Part shown: positions 27,452 to 41,060 of the stretch, in pieces
Position numbering within the stretch: the first letter of the stretch is position 1
Layout: every line of letters starts with the position of its first letter
Assembly (NCBI GenBank): GCA_951406725.2
Contig: OX597830.1
Location: forward strand, 57,846,001-57,910,000
Length of the DNA stretch: 64,000 nt
Source: Octopus vulgaris
Taxonomy: Eukaryota
Reading direction: 5' to 3'
The notes under the pieces: model-generated
Seen by the model: only the letters and a program-made list of their open reading frames with translations
Told to the model about the DNA's origin: nothing
Databases searched by the model: none
Translations under genes and position numbers: made by a program

Positions 27452-28008
27452 TAAAATAATATTTATCCACCAATGTGGTGTTGACTACTCATTCTTACTG
27501 TTTGATATTAGTGTACATACTCTCTCTCTCAGATCACTTTTCTTCTGTATCTATCAAGGTAAAATTTCCAATAGTGTTTAATGCTGTAATTATTTTAAAG
27601 TGTCCTGTTAATAAAATAAACTACAGTTAGATTCTTTCGTCTTGTTTGAAGAAATATTCATTGACTAAATTTAGCTGCAGTCGATTATGATTGAAGTAAG
27701 TTGCTTCTTCAGTATTTTTTGTTTGTTTTCAAATGAAAGCCACTGTTTTATCTGAATCTATTTCAAAGCTGGCATTCTTTGCCGATTGTTGGAACCAGCA
27801 TCTGTCGTGGTGTGTTCGTGTGTTTGTCCACATTTACCAATATAGAGAGCTGATAGCATCTTGTCATTTAGACAATTGAAGTGCCCTCGCTTCAGTGTAT
27901 GTATGTATCCATAGAAACTAACTACATTCCACCATTCAGGTAAACAGTTCTTCTCATGCTCACTAACAGAACTCACTGTGGAAGCTGTTCTATCACAACA
28001 ATCGTCCG

Positions 28009-28046
<38 letters not shown>

Positions 28047-29503
28047 TATCTCCTTTTTATATATATTTTTATCATTCGTTTTTTGGCATCTGATGTAATG
28101 TGCTGGATATCATTGGGATGGCGTCAGTGAAGCAGAAGGTAATATTTACTGATTTTAAAGAATTTCCGTCATAAGTGTTTACAACTGTGGAATATTTTTT
28201 TGTGATTATTATTAGTTCTTGAGTATTTACCATTCTAATCACATCTTTTATATTCCAATTTAATGTGATCGATACAGCTTCACTATGACAATGGCTGTTC
28301 AGGTTTGTATGACCAATTAATATACATAAAGCTATTTATTTTCTAGTTTAGAATACTTCTCAGGTATTTAGGAATATGTAGACTGACAAACATTCTGTTT
28401 TAATTACTAATTATTTAAAAATAATTAAATTTAATCTGGATGTATTTTTGGAATTTCTTTTAAGCTGGACTTAAAATATTCCTATTGGAACCACAAGCTA
28501 TCACTTTCACACACTTATACACATCTGTTTATTGATCTTTCTGATTATATTGGACTGAACTTGTTTGTTTAGTCCCAAAAATAAACTAACTGTTGTAGAT
28601 TTTAGTTGACTCTTGTATAAAATTGTTGTTTGCAGGATTATGGAATTCATCATTTTTAGGCTCTACACTTGTGATAATAGATCTTTGCAAAGATGTATTG
28701 CAATTTTAGCCATTTTGCATGATCAGTTGCTCTAAGTTTACCATACCTTTCAATTATGACAATTTTTTTCTACTACAGACACAAAGCCTGAAATTTGGGG
28801 GGGGAGGGGATAGTTGATTACATTGACCCCCAGTTCTCAACTGGGACTTAATTCATTATCTTTAAAAATACCTTTTATATGAATAAATTCTCTCTCTAAA
28901 CCAATTTCTTTTATTTAATGTTTTATTAAAATGAAGTGGCAGAGGTTGCCTAACATATAAATATGGATTCTATCACTTTTAGAAATTGTATAAGTTTTGC
29001 TATAAAATAAGTCTGGCAACCAGTGGTATGTTGTATACTTTGAAAGTAGTGTGCAGTTAAAGATGGTATGGAATATACTCTCTTTAATGTATAGAGTTTA
29101 CTCATAATATATTTTATATTCTGCTGTCTTTTCTCTCTGTTGCAGATTAAAAAACTGAATGAAAATAGAAATTGTTAGATATGTATTTTCTAATTTACCA
29201 TATTAAATGAGCTCCCTTCATTCTTCTAAATTTTCCTATTTGTTGTGATAGGACCTGACACAAATGTTGAGCAGTTTTGTAATTAGTGAATGTAGTAAAA
29301 ATAACACTCTGCTAATATGATGAAATAGAAAAAGCAAAAACAAAAAAACAAACAAACAATTCTTTGAAATGTTTGTGTTTTTGAAGTTTCCAAATGAAAA
29401 TGAGTAAATAAACAAATAAAAAGTCAGACCAATTATATCAATCTTAGTTTTATCAATACAGAGTAAGATGTTGATAGAACATATTGAAATAATCTACAGA
29501 TAT

Positions 29504-30350
29504 AGGCGCAGGAGTGGCTGTGTGGTAAGTAGCTTGTTTACCAACCACATGGTTCCAGGTTCAGTCCCACTGTGTGGCACCTTGGGCAAGTGTCTTCTAC
29601 TATAGCCTCGGGCCGACCAAAGCCTTGTGAGTGGATTTGGCAGACGGAAACTGAAAGAAGCCCGTCGTATGTGTATGGCCTCCGTGCTGTGGGCACGTAA
29701 CAAACACCATCCGATCGTGGCCGTTCGCCAGCCGCGTCTGGCACCTGTGTCGGTGGCACATAAAAAAACACCATCCGAGCGTGGCCGTCTGCCAGCCTCG
29801 TCTGGCACCTGTGTCGGTGGCACATAAAAAAACACCATCTGAGCGTGGCCGTCTGCCAGCCTTGTCTGGCACCTGTGTCGGTGGTACATAAAAAAACACC
29901 ATCCGAGCATGGCCGTCTGCCAGCCTCGTCTGGCACCTGTGTCGGTGGCACATAAAATCACCCACTACACTCTCGGAGTGGTTGGCGTTAGGAAGGGCAT
30001 CCAGCTGTAGAAACACTGCCAGATCTGACTGGCCTGGTGCAGCCTTCGGGCTCGCCAGACCCCAGTTGAACCGTCCAACCCATGGTAGCATGGAAAGCGG
30101 ACGTTAAACGATGATGATGATGATATATATATGCGTGTGTGTGTGTTTGTGTGTCTGTGTTTGTCCCTCTAGCATTGCTTGACAACTGATGCTGGTGTGT
30201 TTATGTCCCCGTTACTTAGCGGTTCGGCAAAAGAGACCGATAGAATAAGTACTGGGCTTACCAAAGAATAAGTCCTGGGGTCGAGTTGCTCGATTAAAGG
30301 CGGTGCTCTAGCATGGCCGCAGTCAAATGACTGAAACAAGTAAAAGAGAG
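29504..30350 (+). mobile_element. tRNA/CORE-like SINE family C with a nested family A element
   Basis: Head tggctgtgtggt...ggttcagtccc, CORE-like caccttgggcaagtg, then a family A insert (about 29676-30124), (TG)n and the 3' module. An uninterrupted version is at about 42020-42400. Resembles octopus OR-type CORE-SINEs (from memory, unverified). Confidence 0.8.
29702..29961 (+). repeat. Tandem array, 4 x 64 bp, inside family A element
   Basis: Unit starts at 29716, 29780, 29844 and 29908 (c(g/a)tggccgt...ctggcacctgtgtcggtgg(c/t)acataaaa). Confidence 0.95.
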
Positions 30351-33300
30351 AGATGATCGAATGAAAGAATCGGTTTCCAATAACCTCAGTCATCATCATC
30401 GTTTAACGTCCATTTTCCATGTTGGCATGTGTTGGATGCTTCAGCTGGGGTCTGGAAAGCCAGGAGGCTGCACCGGACTCCAGTCTGATCTAGCAATGTT
30501 TCTACAGCTTGGATACCTTTCTTAACACCAACCACTCTGACATCAGATGGTGCTTTTTACGTGCCACCGGCACAGAAGCCAGTGGGAGGGCTGGCATCGA
30601 CCACATTCGGATGGTGCTTTTTACATGCCTCCAGCATGGGGACCACAACTACGATTTCCATTTGATATTGATGTACTTGACTCAATAGGCCTCCTCAAAG
30701 CAGGGTTTCTGCTTCCAATAGCAGACTCTTTAATAAAAGAATATATTGTGAAATGTGTTTTTGCTTTGAAAGTCGAGGAATGGCAGAATTCTTGAGCAAC
30801 AGTTTAAAAAAAAAAAACAAAAAAAAAAAGAAAAACCTTGTCATATTTGCTCTCTTCCTTTGCAGCCTGTTAAAGTCCCAAGGTTGCATTCAGGCTTTCA
30901 ATCCTTCAAGGATGATTACCATAAATACCTGTCAAATAGTCAGGTTGATTAAATCACCTGGTGTCTTGTGTCTTCAGCAGAAATATTTGTTTAAAGTAGT
31001 TTTATGTGACTTTTCCACTGCACCAGGGAATGGAGTTTCTGAAGGGCTGATAAAATGTTCATGGCATGCACTCTAATTAATGATTGTTCATCTGCCAATG
31101 TGAGAAATAGAATTATCGGTTTTAAAAAGGACTTAAATTGGTGGAAGCATTAAGGCATCAGAAAAAATGTCTTGCAGTATTCATTCTGGCTTTTTACATT
31201 CTGATTTCAAATCCTGTCTAGGGTCAATAAAATACTGTACCTATCAAATTAACTCTCAAGACTTGGGGCTACAGTAGAAGTCCCACCCAAAAGGCCATAC
31301 TGTGGGACTGAACCTGAAACCACATGGTTGCATAGAGTTTCATGACCACACAGCCATGCTTGTGTCAATAAAGAAAACTTTAAAAAATGTCAGCAGATTC
31401 TGTTATTAAAGAAAATACATTTGTGAAAACAAACAAAATGAGAATTAAGGTAACAGCAATGGGAGTCTGTGGTCTGGATTTGATTTTGGGTTTAAGACAT
31501 TTCCTCCCTTAGCATCATGGAATGTCATGAACAAAAGCTTGAATATTTCAGCGTCCCTTTCCTTAACTTTACAAATCTGATATCTTCAAAAGAGATTTCT
31601 TCCATTCTAGAATCACTTATTTTTGTCTATTTAATTGTATTAATTCTGGTTGAGTTTATTTTCTCAATTGGAGATTATTTATTTACTGCAGTTATTTGAT
31701 TTGGCCAGTTTTTTGCTAAAAATATCTTTGAAATCATAGAAGCCTATCATTGCCATTCTGTCTATTTACTGTTGTTTATTGTACAGAGTGGCATTATTGA
31801 ATGGCAAATGTCCAAACCAATGCTATGTGATAAAAAGCATATCAGGAATTGCACACAAACACACCAATCATACATATAATATGTATGATGTGTGTATACT
31901 TCGCCAATCATTCTTACAGTGAAAACTAATCATGAAGGAAAAAAAAAGTTATATATGTTATTGAACTTCTGCCATGTTATTCTGAAAATGTTTTTCATGA
32001 TTGTTTGTTGTTTATTGCTGGCAGCCTGGAGATTAAAGGGTTAGGGCAGACTGGCAACTGGAGAGAGAAAATAAAATTGACATTTGATTAACTTAAAATA
32101 ATATACGGTTGACCTGTCTTATATTTTTTTTAATTACATTTTCACAATCATTCTCATAAATGGATTTATGATAAGAAAATTACATTAATGTGGCAAATGC
32201 TCTTCTGTTCTTCATATGCAAGCATAAACATTCTTTCTAAATGTTCCATGCTTGCATGCATCAAATGGAATTTGTTGAGGCAGATTTTCTGTCTGGATGC
32301 TTTATGGCCAGACATGCTTTCACAGGATATTGGAAATGAAAGACAATGCTTGTATAACAGTGAGACTCATTTACAACTACTATGTCATGTCAAGAACACA
32401 CGCACACACATAAACAACAGGCTTCTCTTAGTGTCTGTCTACCAAATCAACTCCCAAGGCTTTGGTTGGCCCAGGGCCTTAGTAGCATAATCTTTGTACT
32501 ACGGGTGACTTCACAAAACCCTATTGTAAGTGTACAGGGTTCAATACTTTTAATTGTGCTGGTAATACTTAAAAGGCACCCATTACACTCTCAGAATGGT
32601 TGGTGTTAGGAAGGGCATCCAGCTGTAGAAACCAAGCCAAATCAAACTGGAACCAGTTCCAGTCAAACTGTCTAACCCATGCCGGCATGGAAAGCAGACA
32701 CTAAATGACGAATGATGATGATATTTCTATGAGTGCCTGAAAGATGTTCCTTTTAATGTTATTAAATTTGCTTCTGTTGATGGATTTATTTGGTTCACAC
32801 CAGGCATGAGCGACCTTGTTTTTTAAGAAGCAGGTCACACTAAAAGAGCTACGCTATTCAGAAGGTCCTGTGGGCTGCAGTTTGCTCATAATTGGGTTAT
32901 ACCTTTGACTCATAAAAATTCTTCATATTCTCTGTGAACAAGAGTTGGGAATTTCTGGATCAGAATTATGAGAATTTAGTTTGTTGTCATTCAGACTCAG
33001 GTCAAGTCTGAGTTAGCAAATTCAGCTGTGTTCATACTGTCCTTAGGATATCTAGGAGTACATTATTTAATGTTCTTCCCTTCATTCTTAATACAGCAAA
33101 AATAGCAGCCAAATCCCACTCCTCTCACAAAGTCAAGTGACTGTGCGGAGGTTCTCTCATTAGATTTTGATTTTTTTTTTTTTAAATGTAGGAATTTGGG
33201 CAGAAATGACCCGAAAGAACCAGTCTGTGATGAAATGAAAATATTAACATAAGTACAAGGCCTAAAATTTTGACCAGATGATAATTGGTACTATTGACCT

Positions 33301-35108
33301 CAGTATTAAACTGGTGCTTTATTTTATTGACCTTGGAGGGATGAAAGGCCAGATTTACTTTCCTTAGATTTGAACTCAAAGCATAGAGAGCCAGAACAAT
33401 GACTGCAAAGCATTTTGTCCACTGAATCTAATAATTTTCTCAGTCGTTAATATTAAACTTTAAAACCATTCTTACTGGCTGGGTTTTATTGAATAAATTC
33501 TTACTCATTTAAAAAATTTTATTTTTACTCTGCAGTTTTTGATGATTAGAGCTCCCCACCCCTAACGTGTGATTACCATTGTCTCATCCCAAATACTCTC
33601 TGTTTTGAATTCATTTATCCTTTCTGATTAAACCTTTTAAAATGTCTTTCGATTCTAACCTTTCGGACATGTTTTCTTATGTCTGTCTCTGATATCCTTT
33701 AATATGCTAATATATGCACAGACTCTTTCATGTAAAGCATTTTGCACTGTCCATCGATTGGATAGTGTTTTTTCTCTCTCTTACAAGAAATCTGTAAAAT
33801 TTAGATGTTCAAATGTCTGTAGATTCTTAGTTTCTTTTTAGTCAGACACTTCTGTGGTATAATTTTTGCTTTTGGCTTAGAATTAGAATCCTGAACATTT
33901 TATGGATTCAAAGAATGGTTGATTTTGTTCTCAGTGATAAAATGTTGAGTATAGAAGGTGGGAAAACAAGGATGACCAATTTGGTCCTCTCCTTTAATTT
34001 TAGTTGGAAGTGGGATTGGCACTGTTGTTCCCAATAAATGCAAATAACTGGACATGTCGTGTGTGTGTGTGTGTGTGTGTGAGAGTGTGATTAAGTCTTA
34101 TGATGCAAAATGACTTTCACTTCTCATAATGTTAAATTAGCTTAGTTGATACTATTGACACCAGCATACAACTGGTACTTTATTTTATTAACCTTCAATG
34201 ACTTTCATTTCTTATAACGTTAAATTAGTTTGTATTTATGAAATTACTTTGAAACCAAGCTATGACGTGGATGGCGTCTTAAGTTATTTGTCCCCTGAAC
34301 AATTCTGTTTTTCAACACATGATTATAAGCTTGTACACTGACTTAGTGATTATCCTATCCTTGGCAAGTCTGGTGATGTCTAAAACCTGCCTTGAGGGGT
34401 TTCCTGTTTTTGCTAGAGTAATTAAAATACTGTACATAATAAACTAATTGCTTTTCCCCCAGAGTGCATAATTATTAATTGCTAACATTTTGATATTCCC
34501 AGCTTTAAATTAGTTCTAACTTAACAGCTTTCAGGAGTGCATCGAAATGATTCTTTCTTTCTAAATTTGCTTATACTTTCTTGTCTTTTTCTATTTCTGT
34601 TCCATCACAGTCATGCTGTTTGCTAGGAGAGTAGAGTAGGGTAGGCTTTGCACAAATTTACTACAGGCTGTTTAGTATCTATCTCAGAGGAGCCAGTTTG
34701 TATATTTTTGCTCCCTTCACTAGATTATTACCATTGTTGTAGTAATATTGAAGAGAGAACTATAATGCATGAACCCCTTAATACTATAGTTTCTGGCATA
34801 CAAGTCAACATAGTGAATATAATAAAAACATTTAGTAAAAAAAGATAAACATCATTATTTCTCTTTACAAATCCAGTTGTACTTCACATGGAAGTTTTGG
34901 TCCTCCAAAGTTGTCTTGATTTATAAGTCAACTTCCCTTTTTTTCTGTAAATTTTGATCTGAAAAAGTCTTCTTGCATACTGGAAAATATGGTCCATTTG
35001 TATTGTCTCTAAAGTGGAATCCTTATTTCAGGTCATCTCAAGACTATTAGTATGGAGAAAGTAATAACTTTAATTAGTATGAATAAAATAACAACTTTGT
35101 CATTACTA

Positions 35109-35238
35109 TTTGCCAAAATATTTTCGCCGCTTTGAGACCACGACCTGTCTGTGCTGCATCATGGAATTCCGTGATGCAGCACGGAATTTTGTCAGGGAAC
35201 AGGTTGCGGTCTCAAAGCGATGAAAGTATTTTGGCAAA
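35109..35238. repeat. Nested palindrome (about 40-bp outer arms, 32-bp inner palindrome)
   Basis: Outer tttgccaaaata...ctttgagacc / ggtctcaaag...tattttggcaaa. Inner gtgctgcatcatggaattccgtgatgcagcac. Confidence 0.9.
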
Positions 35239-37328
35239 TTAAATCTAAATGTTGAAGTAAATTTAACGGTTTTTGTGTGTTTTTAAATGGCTTATAAACA
35301 CCTTCCACACTGCAATTATTTTTGTTTCAGTACACGCTCTCAGATCAGGTCACTTGCTATGCAAGTACATCTCTGTAATTTGTCATGACTGTTTTTAAAT
35401 AATGAATTGTTAGTTTTTTTTTTTCTTTTGTTTCCAGTTTACCATAGATTCTAGATATTTGTGTAAATGTTTAGAAAATTGTGTTTTTATTCTCTAAGAC
35501 CTAAATGTTGTTTGCTGGAAGTAAAATTAAGGTATTATTTCCCAGAATATTCTAACACACACAAATTCAGGCTTCAGCTGGCTTTTGGTGCTACATTTAC
35601 TCTTTTTATTTACTTGTCAATTACATTGTTGCATAATCTGAAAAGAATGCATTAAATGACTTCTTCCCTTGATCAAATCTTTCCATGTTTCATAATGGTG
35701 ATAGGGGACAGTAGGGGCAGTAATTATTGATACTAAATAAATATTTACTCTGTTGCTGGTCTTCTTTGTCAACTTCCCTATTTCCTTTTAAAAACATTCT
35801 GATCTCACAAAAATATTAAAGGAATGTTTATTTTACTAAATAGTTTCCTTTTGATGTAGTGGACCTGTCTCTGCTGCCTACCCCCCTCTATTATCCAGCT
35901 GTCATACACCTGACAGGTCTTTGCTTTCTTATTTGTAAACATTTCTTTCTTCTTTTTCCTGGGTCATGTGAAATAGTTCAGTGTGGAGCTGATGCAGTGT
36001 TCTTTGTCAAGCTTAATGAATTTTCTCTTAATTTCCTTGCTTGGATAAGGTTTATTTGCCCCATTATCACTGTATGCACACAGCTTATTGATGTTGGCCC
36101 TTACAATGACATGTTTAGGGTCCTGTCATTGTGTTCTTATATCCTTTTGTTGTAAATGAATGATTTTTTTTTTTGTAACTATGTCGAGGTGAAGAAAGCT
36201 GGGTAGGTCAAGTATTGAACAACTAATTCATAGATCACAAGTTCCAACCATTCACAGGCGTTTTATTCTCTGGACTAATTCCTGAATTGTCCATTCTTTG
36301 GTTAACTTAGATACTAAGAATAAATATCTGATTTGTAAAGAATTGGTGTCTTCTATAAAGGTATATTTCTTCTTAAAATCATAAAATGGAACCATTTTGT
36401 CTACGGATCTTGAAATTCTTTTGAGACTTTTTCTTAACTTTGGCAGTTATCAGACATTCACTACAAGAAGACTGTCCTAAATGTAGAATTTAATATATTC
36501 TTTTAGAAGATATTAATTATTTATTTGCAAAATAATTTTTTATATATTCTCTTCCTTAAATTAACATTTTTTTCATCTTCTAAAATAACCAATCATAAAA
36601 TCACATTTGTTTCCACTGTTGGTTATTTAAAATTAAAACATTAGCTTCATTTATTTACTTCAAACTAAAATCCAAAAAAAGAAGAGTATAGATACATTTC
36701 TTTTAAATTGAATCCTTGTAAAATTAAGATTCCTCAGATGAAATTCAGCCAAGCAACTGCAATAAAAAATAAGCTAAAAACAAATTTGTTCTCTTCTGGA
36801 AATCAATATTTTTTAAGAGCAGTTGAGAGGAACATCACTGTAGAATGTGGAACCACGTTTTATTCTGTTGTTTGGTGTTCTTATCCTTTCAGGTTCAAAT
36901 CCAAAAGTAGATGGAGCAGGTCAATAAATTCCAATAACACATTCTTTTCTTCTCTAGGCCCAAAGCCTGAAATTTTGCGGGAGGGGGCCAGTCAATTAGA
37001 GCAATCCCAGTATGCAACTGGTACTGAATTTATTCCCCCCCCCCCCCCCAAGAATGAAAGGCAAAGTCAACCTCAGTGGAATTTGAACTCAGAATGTAAA
37101 GACAGATGAAATACTGCTAAACATTTCGCCCAGCATTTTAACGTTTCTGCCAGGTTGCCGCCTTCCAATTGCCCCATATTGGGGTTGTCAGGTCAACATG
37201 ATTGTCAACGCAATCAGAAGTATGAACGAAAATTGATGTCTTCCTGGAAGCTTGCTTATTGCTCTACAAACACTTACTAAAACAATGTTATTTAACCCTA
37301 GGTTAGCTTTCATCAAGCACATTGATAA

Positions 37329-39045
37329 CACTGTTCAACATGGTTTCCATTGCTAAAGCTATTGAAGTAATTTTTAGGTTATGTTTCGGCTACTGAATCT
37401 AAAAATGGGATCAGTTTTGCTAGATTGGTTCTGGTTTATGACATAATTGAAGACCCCTTATTTGAGAATTTTGCTATACTTAGTCTTCTGAGCCCCTATA
37501 ATTTTTATGATATATAGTAGTTGTTGAGTTGATTTTTAGATATTTGGTCATTTAATTTCATATTAAATACTGAAATTCACCTCCTTTTAGGTCAATGCAA
37601 AAAGACCCCCTAGGATAGCAGTTTCTGTGAGACAATTTTGATATTTTCAGATTCTCCTTTAAGTTTCATGGAACAAGCAATTGGTATAACTGCATCAGGA
37701 TTTCCTTTATGTTAGAAAACACATTTTGGTGGTTGATATTCTGGCCGTCCCATTTGTAGAAGTTCAGGGATGTTATTGCTGAAGACGAGCTCTTCATCAG
37801 AAAGAAGAGCCTCGTCTCTCTTTTGATAGGATGTTGTTTTCACTTCTGGTTGTTGGAGACCTTTTCTTGTAGTTTGGATGCTAAAGATTCAGCTGACAGC
37901 TTTGGAGAACTACTTTGGTGCCAGAAGCCTTATTTCATATTCAGTTTCACTACTACTGTTTGTGGTAGACACCAAGCTGTGAATTTCTTCAACAGCTGAC
38001 AAAATAATGTTAGAAAGAAAGGTCAACAGCTGTAGGGTGTGCTGTGTGGTACACATTGTATTGCAGATTCCAAATCAAGACAGTTCCATGTTTGTCTTTG
38101 TAGTGTTGGAAGCCTTTCACATCAATGACACAAACCCAACAGCCACTGTTCTAGTTTTTCAGTTCTTGCCACACCATAGACATTCTCAAGTTCAATTTCT
38201 TTTTCTGTTCTTTTGTCCATTGCTGAAGGAAATCTAGAATGATTTTCATACCTTATAGAATGCCCATAACTTATGTTGATTTCCAAGCTTTATTCTGGAA
38301 TAAAATATACTTGTTTTACAAAGTCTGTGATATTTTTTCTATGATTTTCTATAATTTATTTGCCACAGATGATGTAAAATACTTTTCGATTGTTCAAAGA
38401 AGCTCTTCATGATAAACTCATTTACTTCTTTATCTCCCCCAAAATAATAAAATCATTTCTTAAACGCCAAGTGACAATTTTAAAGTTAGGCCTTCTATTG
38501 GCAGAAGGCCTGAAATTTGGTGGGGAACGGTTAGTCGATTACATTGCCCCCCCCCCACCTCCATTGCACAACTGGTACTTATTTCATTGATGCTGACTGG
38601 ATGAAAGGCCAAGCCAACCTCAATGGGATTTGAACTCAGAATGTAGTGAAGAGTAAAATGCCGCTAAGCATGTCGTCTGGCATGCTAATGGTTCTGCCAG
38701 ATTGTTGCTTTAATAAAAATTGAATAAAAATTTAGAAATTTAAAATATGTTGATAAAAACCCTGGTAAAAAATTGTTAAAATGCAATGATTCCCCTACCT
38801 AGGGTCCCCTTAGCTAATTGACTAAGTTGCCAAGTGTCAAAGTATTAAGGCCTCTGACTTAACTTCAATCCTAACTCACTTGTAGTCAGATTCTGAAAAC
38901 TCTTGGTATTTCATCCTAAGGCAACATCATCATTTGAGGGGAATCCATTATTCAAAAACCAGTTACTCATTGATTCAGTGCCCCCAGAATTCATTTGAAT
39001 ATTGTTTGCAACTAAAATAAAAAAAAAAAAAAATTTAAACCAGTG
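37329..39045 (-). mobile_element. Fossil Chapaev3-like (CMC) DNA transposon
   Basis: Termini CACTG...CAGTG with TAA on both sides. Minus-strand remnants SMVWQELKN*xxxCWVCVIDVKG, LESAIQCVPHS, SAESLASKLQEK and LVFSNNIPELLQMG match the PMVWREPKNH..DCYFC transposase family. Chapaev3 name is from memory. A family B SINE is nested near 38495-38712. Confidence 0.7.
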
Positions 39046-39941
39046 TAATCAAAAACATTGCATCTTTGACCATTCAGTCCCTTTTTTTTTTCTTTGGTCT
39101 TCTCTTTTTTAAGAGTCTAGGATGTGATGGAGATTTGGCTGCTATTTCTAGCTTGTCAAGTGGCTCTATAAAAGGCATCCTTATTGGCAAAACACATGCA
39201 CATACTCATGCACACTGACTGGTTGCCTGTAGGAGGCAACGATTTTGTTGCCTTGAACTTGAACATTTACCCACTTCATCACAATCGGTTTTACTTGCAC
39301 ATCAATAATTTATTTTAATGATTCAATGTTTATTGTAGCACCACTAAATTAACTGGAATCATCTAAATTGTCTGAGCTTCTCTATAAATATTTCAGGCTT
39401 TTATAATCCATTTACTCTGAGTTCCTGTAATCTGTTTAGCATAAAGATCCTGCCACTTGCTGCTTGGAATTCTTGTTCGGTGGAGAGAGGGCTCTGTCTG
39501 TGTTTGTCTCTCAAAGTTGTGATGTAGAAAACTTGTAGAAAACTCTAAAAATGAGTAAGCTTTTGAGATAACCTAAAATTCATCACGTTATCACACCCTT
39601 TGTCCTCACAAAACTATTAATCATCACTCGTGACCCAGATTGTTTTGATTGTCTAAATTGATCTAATTAACATAATCATGTTCACCATAATAATTTCTGG
39701 GTGAGGAGCCTAACCTAAAATTATTTTAGGCTTGTGTCTGATAAATCTACTCTCAAAACTCTGGAATTTAACATTAAAATTACTCACTTCCTCATCTTCT
39801 TATCAGATATATTTATAATTACATCTATATTGTGCAAGAACACCTTGGGAGTAATTTTCATTAGATGTGGATATGAGTGTTTGATTCTGAACTATAAACC
39901 CTAGAATGATATGCAGGTGAAAATAATTAACGCTTTAAATG

Positions 39942-39974
<33 letters not shown>

Positions 39975-40603
39975 AAAAGGGAAAATATTTATCTCTGCTG
40001 TAAATATAATGAAAAAATACTATTCATTAGTGATGAAAAAGATGTCAGAAAAACACTTGGTTCTTTATTGCTAGGAGCAAAATGATATTTACAATTTTGT
40101 ATACCATCATCGTCTTATCTTTTCCATGCTTGCATGGTCTGATGGAGTCTGTCAAGGCAGATTTTTCTGTTGCCAAATGCATTCCTGTTGCCAATCTTCA
40201 GTAATGTTTCCCCATGGCCAGACATGTTCTCATGGAAGATTGGAATATGGACATCACTTGTCTAATCGTGATACATAGCTATCACATGATATCAAGATGA
40301 GGTCGGTCTATTTCTCTCACTCAGAGCTATATGGGTCTGTATGCATCATCATCCATGCTACATGTTAGGATGGGTTGGATAGGTTGTCATAGTTTGAGCT
40401 CCTTATTGGGAGCCTCTGCTCTCATAGACTGGTCTTGCTTGCTTGTGTTTAATTTTTGTTTTAGTTTCTATGCCTGGATGCTCTTCCTGTCCCCAACCAC
40501 CTTACAGAGCATACTGGGTGCATTTCATTGTAGTATGTGTGGCTGTACTACATATAAAAGTATGTCTGTATATGTAGTAAATGTGTGTGTGTGTGTGTGT
40601 GTA

Positions 40604-40900
40604 GGCGCATGGCTTAGTGGTTAGGGTCTTCTGGCTCGTGATTGTAAGGGTATGAGCTTGATTCACATTGGCACATTGTGTCTTTGAGCAAGGCACTTTA
40701 TTTCTCACATTGCTCCAGTCCCCTCAGCTGGCAAAAATGAAGGGTACCCCTATTTGAAAAGATCAGCTTTCTCCCATTCTGTGTCACATTGAATTTCCCT
40801 GAGAACCACATTAAGGGTATGCATGTCTGTGGAGTACTCAGCCACTTGCATGTTGATTTTATGAGGAAGCTGTTCCGTTTATTGGATCAGCTGGAACACA
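40604..40900 (+). mobile_element. tRNA-derived SINE family D
   Basis: A-box tggcttagtgg, then gtgtctttgagcaaggcacttta. Related copies near 20935 (+) and 12200-12470 (-). Confidence 0.65.
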
Positions 40901-40938
40901 TCATTGTAATTAATAATGCTCGTTAGTTATACATGTTA

Positions 40939-41060
40939 ATGTGTGTGGGTGGGTATTTACATACACATACACACGTAACAGTAAGTAAGTATGTGTGTGG
41001 GTGGGTATTTACATACACATACACACGTAACAGTAAGTAAGTATGTGTGTGGGTGGGTAT
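40939..41060 (+). repeat. 52-bp tandem duplication (about 2.3 copies) in TG/CA-rich tract
   Basis: Unit starts at 40939, 40991 and 41043. Confidence 0.9.

Noticed and set aside
29702-29961. Regular repeat array resembling CRISPR, with overlapping long ORFs
   Set aside because: Units are contiguous 64-bp tandem copies with no unique spacers and no cas genes, inside a eukaryotic SINE. The period is not a multiple of 3, so the ORFs are repeat artefacts.
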